NCBI RefSeq assembly: GCF_006345805.1 | Contig: NC_043005.1 | Location: 65,720,001-65,784,000, forward strand | Length of the DNA: 64,000 nt | Direction: 5' to 3' | From: Octopus sinensis | Taxonomy: Eukaryota | In this document: positions 51,830 through 64,000 of the stretch, one piece after another | Position numbering within the stretch: the stretch's first letter is position 1 | How the letters are laid out: each line of letters opens with the position of its first letter | Position numbers and translations under genes: made by a program | The notes under the pieces: generated by a model | Seen by the model: only the letters and a program-made list of their open reading frames with translations | What the model was told of the DNA's origin: nothing | Databases searched by the model: none

Positions 51830-52700
51830 AATAATGAAATTATTGTAAACAGTGCTCAGGTGCAACACAACTTGTCAAAAGTGCATATAAAGTATATGCA
51901 GTAATGTACAAATGTTTAGAAGTGAACAGTGTATGAGTCAGATACATGCTTGTGTGTGTATGGAGGGGAGAAAATCAGGTGTAGTGTTGGCGAATCTCAG
52001 GAAGCATGGAAGTTTTGAAGGATGCCGTGCTCCGACAACTAACAACTGATGCCAGCAGTTTGTACCATGCTTCAGCAACTCTTAGCGTAAAAAAAATGTT
52101 TCCAAAAGTCATGGGAGCTGTGCTGTTTTCTGACTTTATAAATATGTCCACGGGTGTTAGGTGGAGTTTGAAAAGGTGCTCAGAGTTATTGTTTGTAAGA
52201 TGGTTAATAATTTTATGGGTGTCTGCCAAATCAGCTGCCAGACGTCGGAGTTTCAATGTATCCATGCCCTGGGAAGTAAGGCATTCAGAATATGGCAAAT
52301 GATGGAAGATAATTATATATTGGAGGGAAGGTAGAGAAGAGTAGTTGATAGCTACAGAAATTGGGTAGGGATGAGGGGTACATGTTGTGAATGGTGGAGA
52401 AGATGGTTTGGTGATCAATTATACATATCAATTCAGGGTGTTAGGAATAGCAGAGAGCAAATGATGACGGACAGTACAGAAAGGGGCATTGAGCAACAGA
52501 ATAGTAATAATGATAAAGTAGAGAGGGTAAATATGAAAGAGAGATGACATGTGGGTAAGCAGGTTGCATGAGTGTGAGGAGAGTGAGGCAGACAGAATGC
52601 ATGGGGAGAGTGAGAGAAACTTGCTGGGGTAAAAGGAGAGATATTTTGATGGTACAGAAGGGTGATCAATGTAAAATGTGTGTGAAGAGAGACAGTATTA
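51830..52700 (-). mobile_element. CR1-like LINE 3' portion with (TAT)n tail. Shorter 3' ends at about 58885-59232, 56540-56585, 34415-34445 and 35270-35325 (+)
   Basis: LKLRRLAADLADTHKIIN...FFTLRVAEAW. The shared terminal sequence ataataatgaaattattgtatacagtgctcaggtgca recurs. Confidence 0.8.
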
Positions 52701-53416
52701 AGAATGAAGGATGGATACCAAGTGAATTCAAAGATAACTGATATATATAAATTGTGATCATTGCCAGAGTGGCTAACTGGCGTTCGTGCCAGTGGCACAT
52801 AAAAAGCACCATTCGAGCGTGATTGTTACCAGTGTCGCCTTACTGGCACTTGTGCCGGTGTGCAGATGACACATAAAAAAAACACGATTTTTTCATGGCC
52901 GTTGCCAGTACAGCCTGACTGACCCTTGTACCGGAGGCACATAAAAGCACCCACTACATTCTTGGAGTGGTTGGCGTTAGGAAGAGCATCCAGCTGTAGA
53001 AACTCTGCCAGATCAAGATTGGAGCCTGGTGCAGCCTTCTGGTTTGCCAGTCCTCAGTCAAATCGCCAACCCATGCTAGCATGGAAAGCGGATGTTAAGC
53101 GATGATGATAATGTGCTTCTAGAATCTCAATTTCACCCAGAGGGGTGGATTTTCTTGAGATCTGCATATTGCCAGTCATCCAGATCCTTTGTCATCTCCT
53201 CCATGAGTTTCAAGATTCTGAGATCAGCCTTCGCTACTTTATCTCACATCTTGGGTCACTGACTTCCACAAGTTCTGTTCACATTATATGATTGACACTT
53301 CTTTATACAGCTTTCCTCATCTATACACATCACATGTGCAGAGTAATGCAATCTTCTTGCTTGCACAATACAATGGATTCCTCTTATGGTTTAACTTTTC
53401 TCACAATACATTTGTA

Positions 53417-53951
53417 TTGTGTTGTCCAGAAAGTTCATGCTGATTTTTAAAGGAAAGAAAAAGGTCAATAAATACTTGCCATTACATTTTTAATCAACCA
53501 AATATGAACCATTTTGTTGCACAATGCATTTCAATCTTTCCTTTAACTTAAAAATACCCTCTTCCCAGAATTGAGGTGGTTTACGTCATCCAAGGAATTG
53601 AAATTTTTACCATTAAGACTATTCTGTAGAGACCTGAATAAGTGGAAATCCGAAGGAGCAATATCTGGTGAATATGGAGGGTGGGATAACACATCCCAGC
53701 CAAGCTGCAGCAATTTTTGTCTGGTTCCTAAAGCATCAAGTGCCGAAAATGAACTTTCTTATCTTCCATTTTAAAATGTTACAGAATTAACACAGGTTAT
53801 AGGAACATAAACCTTCTTTCACGAAAAGATAGCTTAAACTGTTCTCTAAATGGAGGTGTAGTTAAACCCTATTTTATGGACTCAACCATGTTCTAAAATA
53901 AGACAAAAGGTAAGCTACTATAAATCGGCACAAACTTTCCGGACAACCCAA
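53417..53951 (-). mobile_element. Internally deleted mariner derivative (535 bp)
   Basis: TIRs TTG(T/G)GTTGTCC(A/G)GAAAGTT and TA TSDs at 53415-16 and 53952-53. It retains LGWDVLSHPPYSPDIAPSDFHLFRSL. Confidence 0.9.
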
Positions 53952-54600
53952 TATTTTGTCATTTATGCACACTTATATTACACATCTAGTGAGGCATGTA
54001 AACTTCATTTCCTTTTAGTCTTCTCAAGTTCTCTGCATCCATGGCCCATGTATCACTATTATGCTGCATCACAGTTATAATGCAAACGTCATACAATCTG
54101 CCCTTCACTTTTAGAGAAAAGATTCAACCCATTCTTTCCATTTAAAAATGTTACAGAATTAACACAGGTTATAGGAACATAAACCTTCTTTCACGAAAAG
54201 ATAGCTTAAACTGTTCTCTAAATGGAGGTGTAGTTAAACCCTATTTTATGGACTCAACCATGTTCTAAAATAAGACAAAAGGTAAGCTACTATAAATAGG
54301 AAAGCTATCAACTACTTGAGAATTTATTTCCAATGAGCTCATAGTATATATTGCTCTAGTAAAATCTGTCACATATCATGCTTACTTTATCTGTTTTTAT
54401 ATTAGCATTTTATCTGTCATGTGAGTAGATAAAATGCTAACACATTTGAAGAGATGGTTGAATCTAAAGCAGTGGTCCTCAACCTGGGTCCATATGACCC
54501 TTGCGGTGTGTCCATTTAAGATTTTGTTGTCAAAATTTATGCACAATAAACTGGTTATATTTCTACAGTACATAAAAAAATTTTAACATTTTTTAATATA

Positions 54601-54870
54601 CAGTAATCCCTCACCTTATCGTGGTTCACCTATCACAGTTTATTATTTAAGCTTACGTCAATTCCTCTGTGGTGTTGTTTTGCATTTATAATAAAATAAA
54701 TATATACAAATCATTAAAAAGATATACAATACAGTGGTGCTCCAGCATGACCACGGCTGCGTGGCTGAACTGAGTAAAAAAAAAAAAAAGAGTAAAGTAC
54801 TGTTTCACAGATTTTCATCTATCACGGGAGGTTTTGGAATGTAGCAGCCACAATAGTTGAGGAATTACTG
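54601..54870. mobile_element. pogo/Tigger-like MITE nested next to an hAT-like end (CAGTGGTCCTCAACCT at about 54470)
   Basis: TA|CAGTAATCCCTC ... GAGGAATTACTG|TA. Confidence 0.7.
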
Positions 54871-56647
54871 TAATTCTTAAGAGTTTTTAGACATTGAGAA
54901 AAAGATGCATGAAAGGAGTTCCTAAGCAAAACATGACTGAGAAACACAACTCTAAAGCATAAGTATATTGAATTCTAACATCGCCCTTTTCAAGTCTAGC
55001 CAGGCTCATGGGCTCGGTTTCCTGGTTTCTGTGGCGTGTGTTCCCCCCAGCTGGACGGGATGCCAGTCCATCGCAGCGTTACTCGAGAAACAAGGAGAGA
55101 GAGAGAGAGAAAGCTGTGGTGAAAGAGTACAACAGGAGTCACCACCACACCCTGCCAGAGCCTTGTGGAGCTTTTCAGATTTTTCACTCAATAAACACAC
55201 AACACCCGGTCTGGGAATCGAAACCGCGATCCACTGGGCCATTGTGCCTCCACAACAACTTGGTATATCCAAGCAAAATATAATACAATACATAACACAT
55301 ACACACACACGCACACACACACACACACATATACATATTTGGTAGTTGGTAGCCTGATGGACTGGAGTTACACAACATATCATATAATCTTATGGATGTT
55401 GAGCATACTGCATACCTGACTATATTCTGCTTACTTCATAATAAAATCTCTTAACAAAACAATTGTAGCAAGACTTGATAACTCATTCAGGTGTTTTTAT
55501 TGTGTGTGCATATGTGTATGTACATATACATTTGTATGTGTATATATGCATGTGTGAATGTGTGTGTATTCAGATATATGCATAAAAATGCATATATATA
55601 CAGAGGGAAAGGGGTATTTGAGGACATTTAAATACAGATATATTACACTCTTCAAATATGTTAGCATTTTATCAACTCTCATGACAGATAAAATGCTAAT
55701 ATAAAAACTGATAAGTCATGCAGTCTGAAGGCAGTTTAATCAATTCCCACACAATTTCATACCTTCGTTGTCTAAGTGATGTCTGAAACGAATAAGGAGC
55801 TTTTAGCACAGGCACAGCAATGATTCTGGTCCGACGTAGAAGCAGTCATCAAAGCTGAAGGCAGATTCATAGAAGAATCTTAAAACAAGCTAATCGAGAA
55901 CGTGTGCACAAATTCTTATCAAAATACATTCAGTTTTTGCTAGATTAAGGCTGTTTTATCAAATTACCAAATGTCTTCAAATACCTTCACATGCTGTATT
56001 TCCCTGCCAATAACCTGAGCGCAGAAGGATGTTTTATGCAAAAGCATAAACTAAATCTCAACTGCAGAAGAGACATGGTGTCCATGTCAGTGACACGTAA
56101 AAGCTCCAACCGATCGTTGCCGTTTGCCAGCCTGCTCTGGCCCCTATGCCAGTGGCATGTAAAAAACACCCACTACACTCATGGAGTAGTTGGCGTGAGG
56201 AAGGGCATCCAGCTGTAGAAACACTGCCAAATCAGACTAGAGCCTGGTGCAGCCTCCATGGCTTCCAGACCCCGGTCAAACCGTCCAACCCATGCTAGCG
56301 TGGAAAACGGACGTTAAATGATGATGATGATGTAATTAATCTAAGGAGGTAACCAAGTGTAAAATATGTACCTTGTGTTCTGCTCATCAAACTTATTAAT
56401 GATGGGGTCTAATTAAAAGACATTTCTAAATATTCATTATGTAATAACAAGGCTTTCTTAACTCATTAAACTGTGTTTTCAGTATATCTTTATGAATTTT
56501 GTCTTAGCAAAAATATGGTGCTTGTTAAATGTGTCATAAATAATAATAATAATGAAATTATTGTATACAGTGCTCAGGTGCACCATAAACAAAAGACATC
56601 AAATTAAAATGAAATATAAATCTGAACATGCTTTATAAAAAATTTAC

Positions 56648-56782
56648 CGGGCAACATATGGATGTTGTAAGCCTTCATCTACTGTGATTCTTTTGTCAGG
56701 ATTGAAATGTAGTAGTTTCATCACCAAATCTACAGCTTCAAGTGGTATGTCCTTTAATATTTCTGATAAATTTTTCTTTGGT
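56648..56782 (-). CDS. MAPK15: MAPK15 kinase subdomain XI exon (phase 2/2)
   Basis: Acceptor atttcAG, donor GTAAAT, 135 nt: (R)PKKNLSEILKDIPLEAVDLVMKLLHFNPDKRITVDEGLQHPYVA(R). Confidence 0.95.
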
Positions 56783-57382
56783 CTGAAATATAAGCAGTAA
56801 CAAAATGAATATATTTTCATAAAAAATACTTTAAATGATCACTAAAATAAATGAGATACAGAATGAAAAATAGTGAGAATAAAAATTAGAATGATGAACA
56901 AAGAATGGAATAAATAAAATAGGTCAGAAAGTTACAATCTGATAAAAATAATAGAAACAGATATGCATTTAAAACAGAGTGTGACACAAATGTTATTTTT
57001 AAAACAAAAAAAAAATATACCAATGTAGTAGGATTGAGATGAAAAATCAAACTGATATAGGACATCTAATAAGATAAACAAACTATGAAAGGATACATAT
57101 AAATTCTACTGTAATTGTCAAATCTATTGAAACTACAATTCATACTGTGCTTAACTAGCAGACGGTGTACCACTCAATGCATCCACCTTTCTACCTCCTG
57201 TTTTTCATTCCTATTCTATTCTATTTCAAACTCAAAGTTAAACATTTTACCCAGTCTTTTTCTGAAAACCGCATCCCAATATAACTCCCTCATCAACAAA
57301 CAGAAGTTCAATCTGAAGATCAGAGTAAAGATGTTTTTAAAATCATTTTGGCATCAAAAAAGTTCAATTAAAAGCAACTTAA

Positions 57383-57759
57383 CCCTTTAGCATTTCAACC
57401 AGTCATATCCAGCCCAAATATTCTTTGCTACTCAAGACACAAGACCCAAAATTTTGGGGAAGAGGGCCAGTCAATTAGATCAACCCCAGTATGCAACTGG
57501 TACTTAATTTATCGACCCTGAAAGGATGAAAGGCAAAGTCGACCTTGGTAGAATTTGAACTCAGAACGGCCCAAATATTGAACCTGTTTTATGTCCAAAC
57601 TGGCCAGATCTAGCCTCTTACACCTACCCTACAATGTCATTCTAAAAATGAATAATTATATCATTGAAGCTACAAAGTTACAAGATAATACATGATTAAT
57701 TTTAAACAATGTAAATACATAAGCATTACCTTTGACAGAATAATCTGAATGCTAAAGGG
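57383..57759. mobile_element. piggyBac-like MITE (TTAA TSD) with an internal SINE fragment
   Basis: TTAA|CCCTTTAGCATT ... AATGCTAAAGGG|TTAA. The SINE is bounded by TSD GCCCAAATATT (57412-22 and 57569-79). Confidence 0.85.
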
Positions 57760-58164
57760 TTAAGTAGGAATCAAAACATGATTTAATATAGTTATAGTGC
57801 TAGAAATTCAAACTAATCAAACTGCAAGTGTTATATAGAAAAACTCAGCGGATTGGCTACTGTAATCACTCACATATTTCCCACCTGTAGGTTTACCAAA
57901 TGAGTAAAATGACCAGTTCTATAAGACACTTTTTCAAATTACCACAAAAATAGCTAAAATATCAACATTATATATAATTTTAATGGAAAATCTGGCAAAC
58001 ATTGAGTTGGCTACCTGAACACAGAGACTGTGATTATTAGATAAGGGAAAGGAAACAAAGCTCCAGAAGTTCTGTGATGCAACTCATTTAGCCATCTACA
58101 CCACATGCAAGAGGAAAATTAGCCATGCTACTTTTCACTTAGTGTTTGGATCCAACTGACTTAA

Positions 58165-58385
58165 CCCTTTTGTTACTGTATATATTTTGAGATGTTCTGT
58201 GTTTCTTTCATTTATTTTAGATGTAACACAGAATTTTGTAAAATAACTTAGTTATCATTAAGCTAATGTTAGGAACAGTATTTGTGACTAAGGTTTGGTG
58301 GGAAATTTTAATTAAAAACTTATGAAAACAATACATTTGTACTACAGAGCCAGAGCCGGTTTCAGCTGGGTTGGTAACGAAAGGG
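58165..58385. mobile_element. Second piggyBac-like MITE (TTAA TSD)
   Basis: TTAA|CCCTTTTGTTAC ... GTAACGAAAGGG|TTAA. Confidence 0.85.
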
Positions 58386-60950
58386 TTAATCATGGCCTAA
58401 AAAGTGACAGACAAGTAGACTCAAAAACTAAGTCTAAAGTGATGAAGACTAATAGTTAACACAACTAACATTTGGGTATTCATCAGTAACAGAAAGTAGT
58501 GAACTTTAATATCATTTTGGAAGCGGTTTTATTCATCATGTAAAAAAGGCATTTATTCAGTAGAATCAGTTGCACATAAAAGTACAAGGATATTCATGAA
58601 AGACTGGTAAGGTGTTAGAACATTTTATGTATCTGCTACATGGGAGTAACTGATAACAACTACATGGAGTCCAAAAAAGCATAAGAAATGTTTAGGCCAA
58701 ATTTAAGAATATTAGGGTTAATTAGATAACATAATAGCAGAGTTAAAGAGCTGTTTTGTAGATATGTCTAATTTATAAACCAGACCCTCAAATGCTACAA
58801 TACATTGCCAGTCACATTGCACTTTCAATTCTTTCTTGATTGCATCACTTTTTACCCAAATCGTTTAACTAAATTGTCTTCCCATCATTATAATAATAAT
58901 AATAATGAAATTATTGTATACAGTGCTCAGGTGCAATACAACTTGTCAAAAGTGTGCATAAAGCATATGCAGTAATGTACAAATGTCTGGGAAGTGAACA
59001 GTGTATGAGTCAGATACATGCTTGCATGTGTATGGAGGGGAGAAAATCAGGTGTAGTGTTGGCGAATCTCAGGAAGCATGGAAGTTTTGAAGGATGCAGC
59101 GCTCCGACAACTAACAACTGATGCCGGCAGTTTGTTCCATACTTCAGCAACTCTTAACGTGAAAAAATGTTTCCGAAAGTCATGGAAGCTGTGCTGTTTT
59201 CTGACTTTGTAAACATGTCCACGGGTGTTAGACAGGTGGAATAGCCTTTCTCAGTCTCTTGTACATTCACCAAAAGAAAAACCCCATAAAATAACAATCT
59301 TTCATACTTCAATAGCTCACCTGCCTCTATTCTCTTAAACTGTTTACAATAATAACAGCAATAGTAAAGATAGTATGGATTACTGACTCAGTCTGATGCT
59401 CAAAATGTGGAAGAGGAAATCCTGCAGCAGCATTTCAAATATCAGAATATCCAAAGAAATTTTAGAAAGGAAATAGAGGTACAATAAAACATGTTTCTGC
59501 TTTTGAAAAGATGGGATGGAGCCAGCCTACGTATGCATACCTTCCCTTCTTGGGACACAAAACTCTACTTGTGAAGACCTGTTGAGGCAAGTGAGGATCA
59601 GAATCGAAATCGATCAATGGAAATTGCAGATGTGTTACCAGTGCCGGTGGCATGTCGAAACTCTACTTGTGAAGACCTGTTGAGGCAAGTGAGGATCAGA
59701 ATCGAAATCGATCAATGGAAATTGCAGATGTGTTACCAGTGCCGGTGGCATGTAAGAGAACCTTCCGTTTCGCGACCGTTGCCAGTGCCGCCCCAACTGG
59801 CCTCGTGCCGGTGGCACGTAAAAAGCACCATCCGTTCGTGTCCATTGCCAGCCTCGCCTGGCCCTCGTGCCGGTGGCACATAAAAAGCACCATCCGTTCA
59901 TGGCCGTTTGCCAGCTCTGTCTGGCACCTGTGCGGGTGGCACGTAAAAAGCACCCACTACACTCGCAGAGTTGTTGGCGTTAGGAAGGGCATCCAACCGT
60001 AGAAACACTGCCAGATTTGACTGGGCCTGATGAAGCCTTCTGGCTTCATAGACCCCAGTAGAACCGTCCAACCCATGCTAGCATGGAAAACGGATGCTAA
60101 ACGATGATGATGATGATGATGATGATGAAGTTGAAATTCATATTCATGCAAAAAACAAAATACTCCTATAAGAGGAGGATAATATGTTGAAGTTTACCTT
60201 CAGCACAAAGAAAAATGTAAAATAGTATTGCAAAGAGGGAAGTAAACATAGCTTTAGTGGCACACTTAGATGGTTAGAGTGTTTGCTCCACAATCAGGGG
60301 GTTCGAGTTCAACCTGACTACAAAGCAATTTTGGCACCTTTTACCATAACTTCAGGTTGACTAAGACTTGTGAATAAAATTGAGTAACAAGAAACTATTT
60401 CAAGGCACATCTGATGGATTGACGTTGTAATTCAAAGGTCCAGACATCTCACACTTCTACTTGAGAATAATATTCTGAAGAGTATGTGTGTTTGTGGAAC
60501 ACTCAGCCATTTACATGCTAATACAATGAAAAAGAAATTCAGTGAATGTTCATCACTAAAACCAGATGGAAGTCCATTTTATTATCCAACTAAGATGCTT
60601 AATAGCAGACGACATCTAAACAAACTCTGTTTTTACAATGTTTGTGGAGAAATCAAAACCAGCTGACAACACCTTTCTTGTTTTTTGCCTTATGTGTTTC
60701 TGAATAAGCTACAAATAATTTTGAAATATAGTAAAATATTTTATTCTATCTTAAGTGCCTCAAATTTTATGATTGTTATTTTATTTCCATACACAACTTA
60801 AGAAATTAAAGTGCAATGCATTCGGTTACAGTGTCAATTATATACTTACTGAGTAAGAAATTAACAAAAAAACTAAAAGATAAGACAAATTTTCTACATC
60901 AGTCAATCATCGAATGCTTACAAAAATATAATCTGATATAATTTTCTTAC

Positions 60951-61008
60951 CTTAATTGAGCTTTCTCTAAAATAGATGCACCATACATAGATTTGAGACT
61001 GTCAATAT
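60951..61008 (-). CDS. MAPK15: MAPK15 58-nt exon (phase 1/2)
   Basis: Acceptor ttttgtttccAG, donor GTAAGA: (D)IDSLKSMYGASILEKAQL(R). Confidence 0.92.
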
Positions 61009-61789
61009 CTGGAAACAAAAAAAGATAAGTGATTTTAGCAGATTTATAAAGCAAACCTTTTTATTCTACAATTAATTACCAAAACAATTTTTTCCATTGG
61101 TTAGTCTACTTAGGAGTTTAACATCTACATAGTTAAATCAAAATCGATCAAAAAATCAATGGAAATTGTAGTTGTGATACCAGTGCCAGTGGCACGTAAA
61201 AAGAACCATCCGAACGTGGCTGTTGCCAGCGCCGCCTTGACTGGCCTCCGTGCCGGTGGCACATAAAAAGCACCAACCGATCATGGCCGTTGCCAGCCTC
61301 GCCTGGCACATAAAAAGCACCCACTACACTAATGGAATGGTTAACGTTAGGAAGGGCATCCAGCTGTAGAAACACTGCCAAATCAGACTGGAGCCTGGTG
61401 CAGCCTCCTGGCTTCCCAGACCCTGATCAAACCATCCAACCCATGCTAGCATGGAAAACGGACGTTAAACGATGATGATGATGATGATGATGATGATGAT
61501 AGTGTAACACCACTACCTGGTTCTCTTTAGTGGAGTTTACTCTGTTGCAAGCATTTCATGTATTCATTGGTTTGAGGCAAACACCATTTCCAATAAGTGT
61601 TTTCTATGTTAAACACCACTGCTTGTAAGTTATATAAAAAGTTATAACTATAGTTGAAATAGTTTTTCCAGGTTCAAAAATTTAGCAAACAATAATCATG
61701 AAAAATATTTTATTATAAAGAGCAGAGAACTTGCAGATGGTTAAAATAATAAAAAATTACAGTAACTAAATTACCTATATAATCAGTTA

Positions 61790-62110
61790 TTTAGGTGATG
61801 AAAATTACAGAGAGAGTTATAGCCCAAATGATAAAGACTAGACTTAAGCAGCATGAAATGCAGTTTGGCTTAGACCCAAGAAGAAGCACTAATGATGCTA
61901 TCTTCATAGTCAAGCAACTACAAGTGAAGTACTTAGCTAAGAATGAACTTTTATACTTGCCATTTGTTGATTTAAAGAAAGCCTTTGATAGTGTACCCTG
62001 TTGTGTGATATGGTGGGCTATGAGAAGGCTAGGGGGAGATGAAAGGCTTGTGAAAGCTCTACAGGCCATGTACAGAGATGCTGATAGTAAGGTGAGAGTT
62101 ATGAGTTAAT
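61790..62110 (+). mobile_element. RTE-clade RT fragment
   Basis: MQFGLDPRRSTNDAIFIVKQLQVKY...FVDLKKAFDSVP. Confidence 0.9.
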
Positions 62111-62404
62111 CATGCGTATAATGAGGTGTGGAAGCTAAACCTGGAATCTAAGGGCCTTAAGGTTAACTTAGCAAAGACTAAGGTTCTAGTAAATAAGACA
62201 GAACAGACAGAATCCTACCCACTTCAGGCAGGTGGCCCTGCTTGATTTGTAGGAAAGGTGTAGGCAGGAATTCTATATGGTGTACCCAGTACTAGCTATG
62301 GACACACATATGGTGCTTGAAGATTCTCACAATGGTTGAAGATACTTTTTGAGGTAACTTCCAGAATGAAATGATTGCGAAACAAACTAAACTAACATAT
62401 TTAC

Positions 62405-62544
62405 CTTCTTGCTTAGGTGGCTGAATGGTTGACATTATCACTTCAATTTGATTAATTGTAGAGGACCCTGGGAACAGTGGCTTTCCAGTTAACATTTCTC
62501 CTAAAATACAACCAAGGCTCCACATGTCAACACCTTTTGTATAC
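62405..62544 (-). CDS. MAPK15: MAPK15 kinase subdomain IX-X exon; exons with the TEY loop and N-lobe lie beyond the window end
   Basis: Acceptor tacttttAG, donor G|GTAAAT, 140 nt: (R)[46 protein letters not shown], a signature of the ERK7/8 subfamily. Confidence 0.95.
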
Positions 62545-64000
62545 CTAAAAGTAAAATAGCCAATAATAAAAGCATTATACTCATGCAAAAAATATAAATA
62601 AAAGCCTTATAAAAGGATAAGATAAATCATTAAAAAACATATAATAAAAACTTTAACATATCAAATCACACTGTTTGACTTTGTTGGGTAATTAGTAACA
62701 CTTGTTTCAGGAAGGATATTGAGGAGAGCTGAGTTCAAAACTTACATTAGTTTTAGACTAAAAACAAAAGCGAATGTAAAGACTCCCTTCAGTCAGGAAT
62801 GACCATGAAATTGCACCTAGAAAGTTTCCCTCTGAGGCACAAGTCTTGGCAAGGTTGTTTATAGAAGACCAGCAGTCACCCATGCATACCAACCTCCCCG
62901 CATCCATTCCACTAATGTTATCCAAGGTAAAGGCAAAGGCCGATACAGCTTGGCATCAGTGACATCACAACTCATTTCTACAGCTGAGTGAACTGGAGCA
63001 ACGTGAAATAAAGTGCTTTGCTTAAGAACACAACATACAGCCCAGTCCAATTATCAAACTCACTGCCTCATGATTATGAGCTCAACGCTCTAACATTATC
63101 GCATGAGATAATAAAAAATTGTACAAGCATTAATGACTCTATCTTACATAGCACAGTTTAAATAACCATTGCATTATATCCAAAAGTTCACAATTTTAGT
63201 TTCCTTGTTTTTTGCTTTTTCAGTTTTGCATCTTCTATAACAAAAAAATGTAAACTTTTATAAGCATATTATATTTTTTATTTAATTTTTTTTTAATATT
63301 GTTCCTGAAAATAAAATGAAATACATCTTTTTTTAAATTTGTTTGGCAAAAATTTTGATTCGAAACTGTGTTGCAAAGCAATATTGTCATATTTTGGAAG
63401 AGCCATTAAGACCTAGAAACAAACTCAATGGTTATTTTTCATTGTACTTTCTTTTCTTTTCTCAGAAAATTTTTGTCACTACTTTGCTCTTTTTAAATGG
63501 TTTACATTTTTAAATGATTTACATTTGACAATTCATTTTCCCTCTGTGTTATGTTACATCTTATGGCAAGTATAAGAACTGAAGATGAGGTATAGATTTT
63601 GGTTTTTATTCATTTTCCTTTTATATTTTCATCCCTTTGTTGTTGGCAAGATAAAAATGTGTTTGTATGTGTATGTGTGGTGGTTGACTATAGTCTTATT
63701 GTATCCCAATTTTTGCATTGCAGTGGTCACAGCCTGCAAAATTTTGGCACAATGCAAGCAAATTTTGGGAGAATGAGTAAATCAATTACATCAACCCCAG
63801 TACTCAACTGGTACTTATTTTATCAACCCTGTAAGGATAAAAAGCAAAGTCAACCTCAGTAGCATTTTAACTCAGAATGTAGGCACATAAAAAGCACCAT
63901 CCGATTGTGGCCGTTTGCCAGCCTCGTCTGGCACCTGTGCCGGTGGCATGTAAAAAGCACCCACTACACTCACAGAGTGGTTGGCATTAGGAAGGGCATC

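Noticed and set aside
62545-64000. Search for the upstream MAPK15 exon with TEYVATRWYR
   Set aside because: Not found in this interval, so it is presumed to lie beyond the window end.

Overview
This is a eukaryotic, AT-rich, microsatellite- and SINE-dense window. The repeat landscape suggests an octopod cephalopod genome (inference, not verified). It holds the 3' ends of two convergent genes. On +, the terminal coding exon of a vesicular GABA/glycine transporter (SLC32A1/VGAT) spans 1140-2154. On -, eight phase-consistent exons of MAPK15/ERK7-8 run from 62544 down to the stop at 25404; I assembled them by hand from GT-AG sites, and only two or three appear in the ORF track. The rest is transposon-derived: mariner elements, a Helitron helicase fossil plus four non-autonomous Helitrons, piggyBac-, pogo- and hAT-like MITEs, CR1/L2, RTE and Penelope-like retroelement fragments, and four modular SINE families. 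The most notable hidden signal is a set of minimal type I hammerhead-ribozyme motifs associated with Penelope-like sequence. One has a complete core (20257-20318). One lies in sense within a MAPK15 intron, inside an 88-bp inverted duplication that could mask it. Several others are point-mutated. Long DNA palindromes, including two next to the MAPK15 terminal exon, are candidate dsRNA/ADAR substrates. Most short ORFs in the track are microsatellite or SINE artefacts. No database search was possible, so family names rest on motif recognition.
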